This document shows positions 21,369 to 41,585 of a DNA stretch of 64,000 nt, in pieces; the stretch's first letter is position 1; each line of letters begins with the position of its first letter. This DNA comes from the human T2T-CHM13v2.0 reference genome, Homo sapiens. The notes below the pieces were generated by a model. That model had not been told where the DNA came from. It did no database searches and saw only the letters and a list, made by a program, of their open reading frames with translations. The position numbers were made by a program, and so were the translations under genes. The stretch lies in assembly GCF_009914755.1 (NCBI RefSeq), contig NC_060945.1; one strand, given 5' to 3'.

Positions 21369-21555
21369 AGGGCTGAACATAGGTCAAGGGTCTTGGGACT
21401 GAAGAGGAGCAAGCAAAGGAAAAAAATATAGCAAGGTGTATGACAGTAAAGAAGATGTGCTATCTTTTTGGTTGGGGGGGATGCAAAAATTAGCACGCCT
21501 GTGCTTATATAAACCAATACTGCAAGAAATCGCAAAAAAAAAAAAAAAAGTATTA

Positions 21556-22335
<780 letters not shown>

Positions 22336-22350
22336 ATTAAATACATATGT

Positions 22351-22560
22351 GGCCAGGTGCGGTTACTCACGCCTATAATCCCAGTACTTTGGGAGGTTGA
22401 GACAGAAGGAATGCATGAGGCCAGAAGTTTGAGACCAGCCTGGGCAACACAGTGAGACCCTGTCTCTATAAAAAATTTTTTAAATAGCCGGGTGTCATGG
22501 CATGCGCCTGTAGTCTCAGCTACTCAGGAGGCTGAGATGGGAGAAGACCGTATCTCTATA
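22351..22560 (+). mobile_element. AluJ with deleted right arm
   Basis: Right arm jumps from 'gggagaa' to 'gaccgtatctc'. Confidence 0.88.
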
Positions 22561-23329
22561 TAAATTAAAAAGTATTTTTAAAATAAGTAAATATATACAT
22601 AATGTTAGTGCATAGCTTCCTATCTGTAAAATGGGGATGATATCACCCCGTTTACAGCAAAGCTCTCCTGCCTGAGGACGCCCAGAATTCCAAGGAAGAA
22701 CACAGAATGCTGTCATCATTCAAGCCCAATGTCATGCACGTCCATGTCACATGCTCTAAAAGATTTTTCCAAAAGAAATATGGACATGACAATGTTTTCA
22801 TTAATGCTGCCTTGGTTTCGAAAGAGATTTGGCCCCTTATTGTCAAAGCCTGAAATTTTAGCTGCAAAGCAAGCGGGGAGGGGTCCCTGAAAACGTTTTT
22901 ATGCATTTCTCGCTGAAACAAAAGACCAAAAATGGACTTTCCCCAAGAAGTGGTGGGAGGAGGGGCAGCCTGCACGCATCGTCCCTGCACGGCCGCTCAT
23001 TCCAGCCACCTACCATGCCTCCCGTAATGGAAACACCACATTTAAACAGGTGTCGTAACAGTAAAGGGGCCCCATAAATGGGAAACCCAGGAGGCCTCTC
23101 AGAGCTGGACAGCTGGTGCGAAAGGGAGGGTTACAGACCTAAGTGGTCCCCAGACTTCCGGAGTCTGCTATCCTTCACCTCACACACTCTTAAACGTCCA
23201 TTTGCCTCCAAGAGCACACACACACCACATACATTAAATCTCTCAACAGGAAATTTCTTCCATTCTTAAATGGTCTCGACTAAATAAAATACCTTTGACA
23301 GAGTATTCTGAGGCACTGGATTGTATTAA

Positions 23330-23656
<327 letters not shown>

Positions 23657-23999
23657 GAATGGGCTAGTTATTCTGTACTAAACCTTCTGCTCAGTTTAGC
23701 AGAGTCACATGGACACTCCGGACTGCTTCACAGAGGGACACGAAATGAGAAGGGGGAGGGCAATGTGGTGGCCCTGGCAGACGCAGAATTCAGGGGAGGG
23801 TGAGAATCAGTGAATCCCAGCCACATAAGCACCCAAGTGCTGCTAGCAGTTGATGAGAGTGGATTTCATCGCACCCAGGTTGTGTGGCCTGTCACGGATC
23901 TAATCTCTTTGCTTCTCCAATTTTTCATCTGTAAAATGGGATGGCAGTACTCACCTTTTGAGGACTTCTTAATGATAACATGTAAAGTATCAAAAAGGC

Positions 24000-24667
<668 letters not shown>

Positions 24668-24989
24668 AGATGAGGCTCTCATATGTCCAGCCTGCTCACT
24701 TCTTAAACTTCTGGTTCATAAAATCAAAGACTCACGACACTGGAAGCTAGAAAGGACCTCAGAAACAACATCTCACAGATGAGGAATCCAAAGACAGTTG
24801 TTCATAGTTTTCTTTTGTTTGTTTTTTTTGCTCTGAGGCGTAAGAAAGATTTAAGTGATAAGATAATGATAGTGTTTTGTAAACACTTATAACAATGTTT
24901 AAAGTAATAAACACGAAAAGTAAAGTCTACCTGAAAAGTAAAGAAATGGAGAAAGAGAGAGAGCCGGAGATATTGTTCAATTAACAGCA

Positions 24990-25950
<961 letters not shown>

Positions 25951-26233
25951 ATAAGCTGATCCATGTGCAGCACAAAATCCCTTTCGAAGCTAAGTGCTTG
26001 CCCAACTGCCTAGAAAAATAGGTTGGGAAAGTCAAGCAAAGGCCTGAATCCTTATCAGATCTCAATTAGCAATTTCCTCACTTTCCCTAAAACCAGTGCC
26101 CTCACCCCTCCCTCTGTGGTCATTCGAAATGAAGACTATGCCCTCAACCCTTGACCCAACCACAGGCATTCAAGCCAGGCTCCTCCCATGAAGATCTCCT
26201 TCATTCTTCTGAATGCTTAGTAATGGGTACAGC

Positions 26234-26537
26234 AGGCCAGGTGCGGTGGCTCACGCCTGTAATCCCAGCACTTTGGGAGGCCGAGGCGGGAGGATGACAA
26301 AGTCAGGAGAACGAGACCATCCTGGCTAACACGGTGAAACTCCGTCTCTACTAAAAATAAAAAAAAAATTAGCCGGGCGTGGTGGTGTGTGCCTGTATTC
26401 CCAGCTTCTGGGGAGGCTGAGGCAGGAGAATGGCGTGAACCCAGGAGGAGGAGCTTACAGTGAGCCGAGACCGCGCCACTGCACTCCAGCCTGGGGGATA
26501 GAGCGAGACTCCGTCTCAAAAAAAAAGAAAAAAAAAA
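26234..26537 (+). mobile_element. AluY
   Basis: AluY diagnostics; TSD AGTAAT(G/A)GGTACAGCA. Confidence 0.95.
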
Positions 26538-26779
26538 GTAATAGGTACAGCATTGTGGGATCATCTCACCTCTGAGGCAAAATGTTTTCTCCTTGAGGTT
26601 AGGGAACTCAGCTTCTCTCTATTTCTACTTGCCCCCCAACCCTTACTACTCCCTCAAGGATCATCCATGATTTTCTACACATAGGCTCAGTATCCAGGTA
26701 CAAATTCTTCCGCAACCAATTGCAGGTTAGGTCCTGGGCTGCTCAGTCCCTGTGACACTTTTTAAAAACCCAGGTCCAC

Positions 26780-27162
<383 letters not shown>

Positions 27163-28027
27163 TTATCTGCTGGTTCCAAACTGCTTGCCTACCCTGCTTC
27201 CCCCTCAGAGTACATGCTGCCTCATGTTGCCTCTTCCTATACATCAGTTTCACCCTGGCTGGAAACTGCTCATCAGCAACTAAGAGAAACTTTCTTCTCC
27301 AATGGGCCCATAGGGAAGTTGCCCTCTCTGATCTCTCCTGAGTAAAATCCCCTTTTCACTTTGGGCTTCTCGTCCCACAGCCGCCACCATTCCAAGCTCG
27401 CGCTCTTGGCAATGACCTGCGCGTCATGCGTGCGTACAGACTGCTGAGTTACAAATCGGGGCAAGTTTATCCAAACACAGGCCAAGCTCCTCCACAGCAG
27501 CGCCGTGGGAGATGAATGTGGCTGAGACCTTGCCATCTAAGAGTTTGCGGTCTGGCAAGTGTCCACAGAGACCCAAGCTAGACTATAACAACACACAGAA
27601 AAGAGTCATGAAACATTGTAACGATTCAGAAGGGAAGGGACGACTTCAAGTCACGGAGGAAGCAGAACATCGAGGAAAACTGTAAGAAGATGGCTGATTT
27701 CAACCACACCTAGAAGAGGAGGTAGATTTTGACGTGCAGAAATAGGAATGTCCCAGATCTGGAAACAGTGTGAGCAAAAGAATAAGAAAACAGGATATAT
27801 CCCCGAGGAGAAGTAACTCCTGTTTCACTGGCTCAAAGGATTTGAACAAGGAGTCCTGTCAGACAAGATTGAAAAACAAGGTCTGGACCAGTAGGGCTAG
27901 CCATAGCCACCGAAAGTTTAAAACACAGGTGGCGTATCAGAGCTAAGCTTTCAGAAAATCAAGCTTCTTAGCACTGAGGACATATCCATATTACACGTCC
28001 TTAACCAATTTAAATAGGCAGTCTTAA

Positions 28028-28648
28028 GACCCAGCACAGTGGCTCACGCCTGTAATTCCAGGACTTTGGGAGGCCAAGGTGGGCAGATCGTTCAAGTCAG
28101 GAGTTCAAGACCAACCTGGCGAACACAGCGAAAACCCATCTGTATTAAAAATATAAAAATTAGCTGGGCATGGTGGCAAGTGCCTGTAATCCCAGCTACT
28201 CAGGAGGCTGAGACAGGAGAATCGCTTGAACCCGGGAGGCGGAGGTTGCAGTGCCAAGATCATATCACTGCACTCCAGCCAGGGGGGCAGAGGGAGATGG
28301 TCTCAAAAAATAAATAATAAATAAATAAATAAAAATAGGCCACTTGTGGTGGCTCACGCCTGTAATCCCAGCACTTTGGGAGGCCCAGGTAGGCAGATTA
28401 CATGAGGTCAGGAGTTCAAGAGCAGCCTGGCCAACATGGTGAAACCCCACCCCTACAAAAATACAAAAATTAGCCAGGCACGATGGTGGGCGCCTGTAAT
28501 CCCAGCTACTCAGGAGGCTGAGGCAGGAGAATCACTTGAACCCCGGTGGCAAAGGTTGCAGTCAGCTGAGATCACGCCATTGCACTCCAGCCTGGGTAAC
28601 AGAGCAAGACTCCGTCTCAAAATAAATAAATAAACAAGCAAACAAACA
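28028..28648 (+). mobile_element. Two tandem AluS
   Basis: 28028-28336 and 28338-28648. Confidence 0.93.
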
Positions 28649-28674
28649 GGCAGTCTAACAGAGCAGCTGGGCAT

Positions 28675-29435
28675 GGTTATGGGTTGAACTGTAGCCCTCA
28701 AAAAAAGATATGTCAAAATCCTGGCCAGGCACGGTGGCTCACGCCTGTAATCCCAGCACTTTGGGAGGCCGAGGCAGGTGGATCACAAGGTCAGGAGATC
28801 GAGACCATCCTGGCTAACATGGTGAAACCCCATCTCTACTAAAAATACAAAAAATTAGCCAGGCGTGGCAGCATGCGCCTGTATTCCCAGCTTCTGGGGA
28901 GGCTGAGGCAGGAGAATGGCGTGAACCCGGGAGGCGGAGCTTGCAGTAAGCCAAGATCACGCCACTGTACTCCAGCCTGGGTGACAGAGTGAGACTCCGT
29001 CTCAAAAAAAAAAGATATGTCAAAACCTTAATCCCTGGTACCTGTGAATGTGAGCTTCTTTGGAAACAGGGTCTTTGCAGATATAATCAAGTTAAGAAGA
29101 GGTCATACTGAATTAGGCTGGGCCCTACAGCCAATAGCTGATAACCTTATAAGAGAAAGGGGGAGATGTGGAAACAGACACACAGACACACATGGAGAAT
29201 GCAGCCATGTGATAATGTCAGAGATTGGAATGATAATGTGACAAGCCAAGGATTGCCTGGAGCCACCAAAAGCTGGAAGAGGCAAGAAAAGAATTTTCCC
29301 TAGGGCCCTCAGAGGGAGTGTGGCCCTGTTGACACCTTGATTACAGACTTCTAGCCTCCAGTTCTGTGAAAGAATAAACTTCTGTTGTCTTAAGTCACCA
29401 GATTGAGGTACCTTGTTACCGGGAGGAAACTAACA
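28675..29435 (+). mobile_element. MLT1B/C-like LTR containing AluY at 28723-29013
   Basis: 'gttatgggttgaactgt...ggtctttgcagatataatcaagttaag...aagctggaagaggcaag...agaataaacttctgttg'; Alu TSD AAAAAAAGATATGTCAAAA. Confidence 0.9.
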
Positions 29436-30260
29436 AAGACATGAATTAAATGTCTTGGAAATCATCAATGCTTTGGGACATTCAGAGAAGATGGGATCAT
29501 TCATGAACCAGGAGGCAATCCTAGAGAAAAGCTGAAGTCATGAGACACAACCATGATTGGGACTGTGGATATAAGACTAGTGTCTAAGGAGAAAGGGGAA
29601 AAAAGGGGAGGCACTCAACCCTCCAAGGTCAACAATGTTCTGATGACTGAGGGTCTTGGTTCAATCCCAGCCTGAAAGGATCCATTAATAGCGCTAATCC
29701 TTCCATTGAGATTTAATCACTGGGCTCCTCTGTGGCCCCCACTGGCTTTCTCATCTTTGTTCACTCTGACAGAGCCCACATATTCTTTATTCTTCCCAAG
29801 GTCCTTGTTGTTAAGAGGAACACTTTGTGATTAATCTCCATGTGTAAAGTGGATTACAAAACGAGAAAATATGACTTTGGGGGGCTTAAGTGTCCACTAG
29901 TCACACCCATTCAAAGATGAAGGTGTATATTCATTAATGTGATTTTTCTGATTATACAAGTAACTACTACTCATCACAAAATCTTTCAAAGTTAGAGAAA
30001 ATCATACAGAAGAAAATAAGTTGCTTTTATACAGGAAGAGAAAAAAATTGTTTTAATTTATTTTAAAAAAAATTTTTAATAAAAGAAAATAACAACCACC
30101 CTTAATCTCAACACTAAAGAATATTTATAATGGGTATTCTGGCACACTTTATGTAATGAAAAGAGGTATTTGTAATTTAAAAAAAAAAAAAAACTGTGAT
30201 GGAATCTTCCAGAAGAATTACCCAGGTAGAAGGAAAAAAAAATGTTAAAAAGAAACCAGA

Positions 30261-30621
<361 letters not shown>

Positions 30622-32115
30622 CTATTAACCATTTTAACACTGCTAGAGGTCAGAAATATTTTATTCATGGCAAAGGAAAAAATTCAAGGATATGCATGTC
30701 ACAGCATCTACAGTGGGAGTAAAAACTATTAAACCTGACTCTCCTCTGCTCCAGAATTCCACGAAGTAACTTGTTGAAGCTTGAAAAACCTTGAGTTTTC
30801 AAGTTTTTCCCAAATTAAAGTTCTCTAGCAACCATAATGCAGCAACCAAGACCATATCTTATACCCTTGAAACAACTTTCCCCAAAGCCCTGTTACTACT
30901 GTCTCAGCTGTCTCAGCTGCAGGGCTGTGCCCCAAAATAGTGGGGGGGGGCTGGCTCCTATGTTGTAATAAAGATAAGGTCCAGGCATTCCAGCTTACTA
31001 GTTGCTAGTTGCTAGGAGGCTCATAAATTCACTTTTCCTGACTTGGATGAGATTCAGAACTGCTGTATCACAGGCTGAGAAGACATGGATCACTACAATT
31101 AAAATTCAGTCTGTCCAAAAGGAACAATTTTAGCCCTTCCCACTCTAATAAGCTACATTAACTGGTCCTGTTTTAAAGAATGGGCAGTTAACTGGGATCT
31201 CTAAAGTCTTTGTCATGAAGACTGCAGGTTCCTCATGCTAACCGGCAACTTTTAGAAACAAAGTATATCTGGTTTTGAGCCCATCTTCCAAGAAAGAGAC
31301 TGTCATTTGTGTATTCTTACTTGAAGTCCACTGAAATTGTGGCAACAGACTCCCACAAACTTTTAAGATAATTTGAATTGTTTGATACAATTGGTGAGGT
31401 TTCACAGGGCCAAGGTTGCAGGCAGATCCAACCCTCAAAATTAAAGCAATTAGCTGTCCGTCAGCAGGGGGAAAAAAGGAAAAAAACTACAGGGTGAGGA
31501 TTTTCAATCTACTTTTAAGGAATTCGATTGCTAAATTGTTTAGTTAACTAAGAACCACAGTTACAAGGTTTTAATTTTTATAATTACAATGAAATGTTAA
31601 AGTTCAATTGATATAATTGTGGCACTGAAATTGTAACTTCTAATCACAGAGATTTCAAGATGAGATAATTATTTGAACATTCACACATCTTTTCTAAAAT
31701 GTCATGGTAGACCATGCACCACACTTGGAACGTTTTCTGAAAATATTTTCAATGCTCGATAAACTGCTTAAGAGGAGTAATTTTGTAATAATCACCCAGC
31801 AATATATTAACCATAACAGATTTGAGGGTTAAGGATGAGCTTTGCATGACACAGTTATTAGCAATATCCAGAAGACATTAATTGAAAGAACTTGCTCAAG
31901 CACACAAAAGCCCAAAACACCTGAAATTATTATCTAGCTTTAAAGAACTTTCTACTGTATAAAAGGAAGATACACTTTCTTAATTTAATTCCAGCTAAAA
32001 TAATAACCAAAAGCTGATGCCTCAAGATAGCTCAGTTCCAAATATCTAGAAAGTACAAGATTCTTTCCTAAGACATTTCAACATGTGATCTCGAATAGTA
32101 TTTGTTATTTGTGTC

Positions 32116-32422
32116 TTTTTTTTTTTTTTTTTTTTTTTGCTGAGAGAGTCCCGCTGTGTCACCCAGGCTGGAGTACAGTGGCGAGATCTCAGCTCACTGC
32201 AACCTCCGCCTCCTGGGTTCAAGCAATTCTCATGTGCCTCAGTCTCCTCAGTAGCTGAGATTACAGGTGTGTGCCACCACACCCAGCCAATTTTTGTATT
32301 TTTAGTAGGGACGGGTTTCGCCATGTTGGCCAGGCTGGTCTCGAACTCCTGACCTCAAGTGATCTGACCACCTCAGCCTCTCAAAGTGTTGGGATTACAG
32401 GCGTGACCCACCGTGCCAGGCC
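32116..32422 (-). mobile_element. AluS
   Basis: Full-length reverse dimer. Confidence 0.93.
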
Positions 32423-32439
32423 ATCTGTGTCTTTTAAAT

Positions 32440-32962
32440 GTGGGGTTTCTCAACCTTAACCTTTTGTTGTTGTTTTTTTTTTTTTTTGAGACGAGAGCCT
32501 CGTTCTGTCACTCAGGCTGGAGTGCAATGGCACAATCTCAGCTCACTGCAAACTCTGCTCCTGGGCTCAAACAATCCTCCTGCCTCAGCCTCCCAAGTAG
32601 CTGGGACTACAGGCATGCACCACCATGCCCAGCTAATTTTTGTATTTTTTTCTAGAGATGGGTCTTCACCATGTTGGCCAGGCTGGTCTCGAACTCCTGG
32701 CCACAAGCGATCCACCCACCTCAGCCTCCCCAAGTGCCAGCATTGCAGGCATGAGCCACCGTGCCAGGCCAAGCTGAACATTATTGACTATGGACCTGAT
32801 CACTGTCCTGGTGGGCTGTTCTATGCACTGGAGGATGTTCAGCAGCATCATTGGCCTTTACCCACTAGATGCCACTAGAACCTCTCTAGCCATGACAACC
32901 AAAAATATCTCCAGACATTGCCAAATGTTTGGAGGCAAGGCTGCCCCCAGTTGAGAGCCTCT
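32440..32962. mobile_element. MER20 hAT MITE interrupted by Alu (-) at 32465-32770
   Basis: 'ggtttctcaacct...cccactagatgcca...caaccaaaaatatctccagacattgccaaatgt...cagttgaga'. Confidence 0.88.
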
Positions 32963-33339
32963 GTATTAATAAAACACAACAAAAACTACCACCCAGCAAA
33001 AGTTTAACACCCAAAAGCTGATACCAAAGGTAGTTCACTTCCAAATCTCATTGCAAATATTTCCTTCAAGAAGCTCTGATAAATAAAATAACTGAGTGAT
33101 TCAGAGTTTTTTTAAGTAAACAAAGTTTTGCTTTTTTTAAGTGTGAAATTGGTGTTTTAAAACAAAATGTTTCCTGTGTTCCTTTTCTTGATCTATAACT
33201 TAATTAGTCATGCCAGAAGTGTAGAAAAGGAAATGTAAATTAGCATACCACCTACATATGTAGTGAAAAGTATTGGCAGAATCATGACTAAGTAAACATT
33301 TTTTATTGACTTTCAGCTTTTAAAAATAAATATGCATAG

Positions 33340-34640
<1,301 letters not shown>

Positions 34641-34910
34641 AAAAACAATCTATAGAGAAAACCTAGAAGACTTAATCATGATTACAGAAATACAATGTAC
34701 CAACACAACATTACCACTCCTGACTGCTGACGGAGCTGGGGGTAGAGCCAGGAAGAAAGTTAAGGAGAAAAAGAGAAGATCAGGACATCCATTTCTAATT
34801 TCACAAGGGCAGGGAGGGATTAAAAGTCACTGTCATTGGTTGATGTAACTAAATTAAAGGTCTATGTCAGTAATATAAAGACTGAAGAATAATCAATTCA
34901 AGAACCATAA

Positions 34911-35732
<822 letters not shown>

Positions 35733-35898
35733 GAACCATAAGTATAATTATCAAAAAATGTGGAGAATGAAGGAAGTAGGTGAGATGCAATTGCCACTCA
35801 TTATAACAGGAAGCTGAGAATTAAATCATATATTCATACTATTTAGAGATATAAAGATAATCACTAGAAGCACTAAAAACAAAAATGAACAAATGTAA

Positions 35899-36278
<380 letters not shown>

Positions 36279-36472
36279 TGAGTCGAAGTATCTGCATGAA
36301 ATAAAAATATAATTTATGTCAGAAAAAATATTAAACTAGATCATTACTACTGAGTAAAATTGTGAATTAAGTGTGATTTAAGCAAAACCAACTCAAGTTT
36401 GATAGACAAAAACTGCGTCCCTACTACAAAGGTAGCTGAGAGATGTAGGCTGGATCCTTAACAAGAAACCTC

Positions 36473-36842
<370 letters not shown>

Positions 36843-39800
36843 TCAAAACTCTGCCATGGCAAGAATGAGCATCCAAATACCTTAATAACTCTGGAATCCA
36901 AAGAAAATTTCAGGTGAAAGGAAGTGCACGTGGCACCGCCTTCATCTCTCCACCAACAAGCACAGCCGACCCCAGTTAGAACACACTTTGAAACCAAAAG
37001 GCAGATGCTGCTAACCACTAGAACAAAGCAGAATCTGCCATCAGAACAGTACTAGATAGAGTTATTTAAAACATACTCAGAGTTACAGCTGGGACACTTG
37101 GGACACAGGATTCTGAGAGACCAAAGTGGGTCATTTTTGAGCATGTCAGGTGGTAGAATTAATAATGACACCAGGCAACAGGCATGAGGAGGAGTGTCCT
37201 GGGGTACCCCACGGAGCTTGGGGCCTTAGCAGTGTGGAGATGCACCCTGTGGTTATCAGTACCCAGGTAGCCCATATTATGCTAAAGAACTTGCCCTCCA
37301 AATTATCACTTTCCAAAGATATCCTGTGTCCTGTGAGGAGATGGAGATGCACATTCTGCAAGAAGGAAAGAACTTACACTTTACTCCAGTTGGTTGGGTG
37401 AGGGTCCTGTTAAGTTTCAAACAAAACAAAACCCACAGAAGGTCATGGCAAGAATAAACCCCGTGGTTCTGAGCCTCTGAAAACACTGCCCAAAGAGTGA
37501 GTGGGAACGAGCTCATGAGACCCTCCTGGACTTTCCTGCAAGAAATTATCATTTGCCTGGAATGCGGCCACCCAGCCCAGGTGATGGCCAAAAGAGGGTT
37601 GGGTTGATAGAGATCTTGCCCCAGGATCTGAAGAAGCCCTGGAAGGTGAGGCCTGGGGCTGCAATCTTTCCCAACAGACAATGGAGGCCTCCAACAAGGC
37701 TCAGAGGAGAGGTTTTGCAGGTCAGACCCTCACCCCTACCTCAAGGCCCCTCAACAAGCAGACGTCACTATTGTCCCGATCCCACCTTCCCTCCTGAGCA
37801 AGCAATGGGTAGCAAATCCTGTTCACCCCATTTCCATGGTCCTGACATCTCCCCTTCCCCTAGCGAAGAGGATTCCAAGACCCACTCCTCATCGTGACCT
37901 CCCCCTGCCCCCAGATGACGCGGTGGCTTTCTGGGGCTCATTATTACCCCTGCAGAGTGGGCAGAGGAAACCAAGAGCAGGAACTAGGATTGATGGATTG
38001 ACCTATGTTTACAAGGTTAGCAGCTCTCAGGCAAGGTGGGAGGGACAGTGGAAGGGAGGCAGGAGAACGCTCCTTTGGAAACAGGCTTTGCAAAGCCAGG
38101 ATTTTTTGGCAGGATATCCTGTCTTCCTCATGGTCACAGAGAAGCGTGTTTTGGGTCTTTAAGGAAAAGCAACTGAATCCTCATAGCCCAATCTCCAATC
38201 AGTTTCTCCACCCATTCCAAGCTTGGACACTCAGCCCCACTGCCTCCCAATTATATCTTTTTCCCAGCACAACTGCATTAGAGTCCTTTGCTCTTTAATA
38301 AAATCATACTCTAGCGGGGCAGAAGCTGGAATAAATAATACAGGTGTTATTTTCTTAAAACCAAAGACACTTCCCCCTCCCTTTCATCTTTCTTTCATGA
38401 ATTCAAAGTGGTCCCAAACAGAAAACATCCATATTATACTTCAGTTTTGCTAGGTTCCAAAAGGCTAGGATGCCCCCACTCCAACTACACCCAAGTCTTC
38501 CTTTAAGGAAAGAAATACTTGGTGACAGGACCAAGCCTCAAAGGGCCCTGGGCCCATTCTGAAACTGAGATTGTGCTCAGCTGAAAGAAACTTCCTCCCA
38601 CAGAGTTCTTCGATGAATCATCACTCTTTGTTTAACATCCTCTGAAAGCAGACAATTGATCGGCTCTCAGATCATGCCTGCGTAGTACCCCCACCCCCTC
38701 CACCTCTGCAATCCTTTCAGTGAGCTGAGACCCCACTCCAGGGCTCCGTGGTAGGATGCAGTCTCCCAGCTCTGCCTCAGCCCAGAGGGAGAAGAACCTC
38801 TTCACCTAGTGAAAGAGCTTCAAGGTCTTCTAGAAGAATCTCACACACGCACTGGAGGAATCTCTGCGGCTTCCCATGCCCACAGTCTAGGCCCTTATGA
38901 ATTTCTTAATGAGGTCCCTGGAGACCACAGGAACAGGGAAGGTCTTATGCTGGAGGGTGTGGAGGACGGTGCCAGAGGCTGGGAAGGGAATGGAAGGGGA
39001 AAACTCCACCTAACTATTAATATCGTGTACCCTTTTACACTAGAACATTGTTTTATTTTAAAAAACACTCTGTTCCTTGCTGAGTACTGCTTTATTTCTG
39101 AATGTCTCTTTTATTATTTTTTTAATAAATGATTTGGCCTACAATGATGATGAGAGAGAATTTGTTCTTTTTTTTTTTTTTTACACAGGAGTTATAGCTT
39201 ATATAAAATGGAGTACTTAGAGATGAAAAGACCTGAAGTTTGGAATTGGGAAAAACAGAAACGTTTACTAGAGCCCTGCTAATCTGATTTTTCTGGTCCA
39301 GAATTGAGGGAAAAACAAAAGGAGAGTTACCCTTAGAAACATACCTTCTACCTGTTTGCTTAATTTAGAAAGAAAATGTACATGTAAATATACATGTGTG
39401 TATATAACATACACACACACATCCCCAGTGAAAGTGTGTTTTTGATACAGAAGACCAAATGACTGGAGATCGTAAAACGAGGCTCTTTCTTAACCACGAG
39501 CCTGAGTCCGTGGTGTTCAGCACTTTCATGAGAATCTGTAACCTGGCCCAGAGGAACAGAATTTTCTTCCTGGCTTCTCACTCCCACTCCTCTGCCCTCC
39601 TCAAGCAGACAGAAGCCCCCTCTCCCGGCACAGATTTCTAGGCAAGGCTTTGATGTGGTTCCCATGCTCTCACCTGCCTTCCTCATTTGGAAAAACCAGA
39701 GGCTTCTACTGCACATCTATGAAAGTGTTGTCTCACAAAACGTGTTTCTCCTTTAGACAGTATGATCCTTGCAGAAATCGCAGAAGTGTTAATACATGCA

Positions 39801-41389
39801 CCTAGTAGGCCCTCAGCAAACTCTCCCAAGGAATTCCTGCTCAGGGCTCCAGGGTTTCAGTCGGCACACTAGAACTGCAGGAATCTGGGGGGAAGGAGAC
39901 AGGCCCAACGCTGCTTTTCCTTTCTGGTTTAGAGGGGGAGGGGAGAAGAGAGGAGCAAGGAGAAAGAACTGCAAAGGGAAAGGAGAGGAAGTCTTTGTCC
40001 GGGCTCTTTGGACGAGCATTAGAGTGGAGTTAAATTGTCAGCTAATGAGATTTCCTAACCACGTGCTCCCTTTTAAGTCTAGGCCCCCAACTGATTTGAT
40101 CCCCACACAACAGCAGGGGGGAAAGAGGCCTTCAGCATCCCTAAGGGCGCGAGAATTCCCAGAACAAGTACAAGAAGGATGAGAATCATTTCTGAGAGTT
40201 CAACTTTAAATAGGTTATCATATTTATTAATTGACATCTAGCAACAATGCTACTGGCCGCGTTCCACATCAACAGCCGAATAGGGGTTCACGGGAGTCAG
40301 ATTCCACTCGGGGTAACTGAGGCAGGCCCAGGGGAACGGAAGAGACAGAGCGCAATCCTGAGGGCTTCTCCAACCACTGGACAGCCTACAAGTCGAGTTT
40401 ATGTTTGTTTGTTTGCCTGTTTTGGCTGGCAAAGGCCCCTGGGGCCTACATTCAAAGAATGTGTTGTTGGACCCAATAATTTATTCCAACAGGCAAAAGG
40501 GTGTTAAAACAGGAAGTTTTTTTTTTTCAATAAAATCTTTGTCGTTAAGCCTGAGATCATCTGATCTGATTATGGACTGTTATTATTTTGTGTTGTTTAT
40601 TTCTATATGAAACTGATTTCTCTTTTTGCCTAAAGAAAAGTAGCAGTGCAGAGCTAGTGGAGGAAAAACAACTCAAAACACATTCACAACATTTTGAAGA
40701 TATTCAATGAAATTGATTCTCTTCTACCTTCCCTGCTTAGTCAACAGCCTCTTCCTTAAGTTTTATTTCTCCTCTATTCAAAGATAATTACTTAGCAACG
40801 TCGGTGTTTACCACGCAAAGGCATCCACCCTCCCTAGCCCAGCTTTTTACCTTGAGATACAAAAAAGCATATGCTGGAAACCAACAATTTACCAAACTTC
40901 TTCAGCTACAAGGCATAGCTTAAATTTCATCTCTCCTAGAAAGTGTTCCCTCCTAACCTCCAGACATCTCTTTGTTCAAACCTCCCTCCTTCCTGGACTT
41001 AATCACTTTCCACAGCAGTCCTTGGTTCACTGGCAACTGCTTTCCACCTGGAAGGGTTTTTCCTTCTCCAAACCCAGGTCTGGGTCCCAGCAGAATCTTG
41101 AAGAAGAAAGAAGAAACAACTAAAACCTAATGGAAATTCAAACACATTTTTAAAAGGGCTGCAAGCGATTAGATAAATCTAATTAAACCTAAGGCCAAGT
41201 AAAACAAGTCCTGTTTGAAGCTGAGAACAGCAGTCCTTCATGCCTTTTATAATAAAAAGAAATTGGGGCTGGGGGAGTGAAGAACGCAGAAAAGGAAAGC
41301 GACAAGGGGCCATCCTCTATTACAGATTTCCTCTAACACAGAATCAACAGGACTCTAATATTTCATACGTGGCTGTCACTGTGCTTTGA

Positions 41390-41585
41390 GGTTAATCTAT
41401 ATGGTCGTTTAAGCCCCGCCCCCCTAGAGGTTATTCCTTATCCCCACTTTACAGATGCGCAAACTGAGACAAAGGAAGATAGAATAGCTCGGCCGGGATC
41501 ACCCAGCTTGTGAGTGACACCGAGCAGGTACTGGAACCCGGGTTTGTTTGACCTCAGCGCACAGGCTCTAAACCTCTGCTCCAAC
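41390..41585 (-). mobile_element. MIR at the CpG island edge
   Basis: 'atccccactttacagatg...aaactgagac...ggatcacccagcttgtgagtg...ctggaaccc'. Confidence 0.75.

Noticed and set aside
27350-27392. Plus-strand acceptor followed by Kozak-like GCCGCCACCAT
   Set aside because: The codon is ATT rather than ATG, there is no supporting ORF, and it is antisense to the gene.
29640-29675. tRNA-like CTGAGGGTCTTGGTTCAATCCC (B-box-like)
   Set aside because: No A-box or cloverleaf; at most an ancient SINE remnant.
41413-41432. CTCF-like CCTCTAGGGGGGCG
   Set aside because: One extra G breaks the core register, and it lies within a MIR; better read as a GC box.
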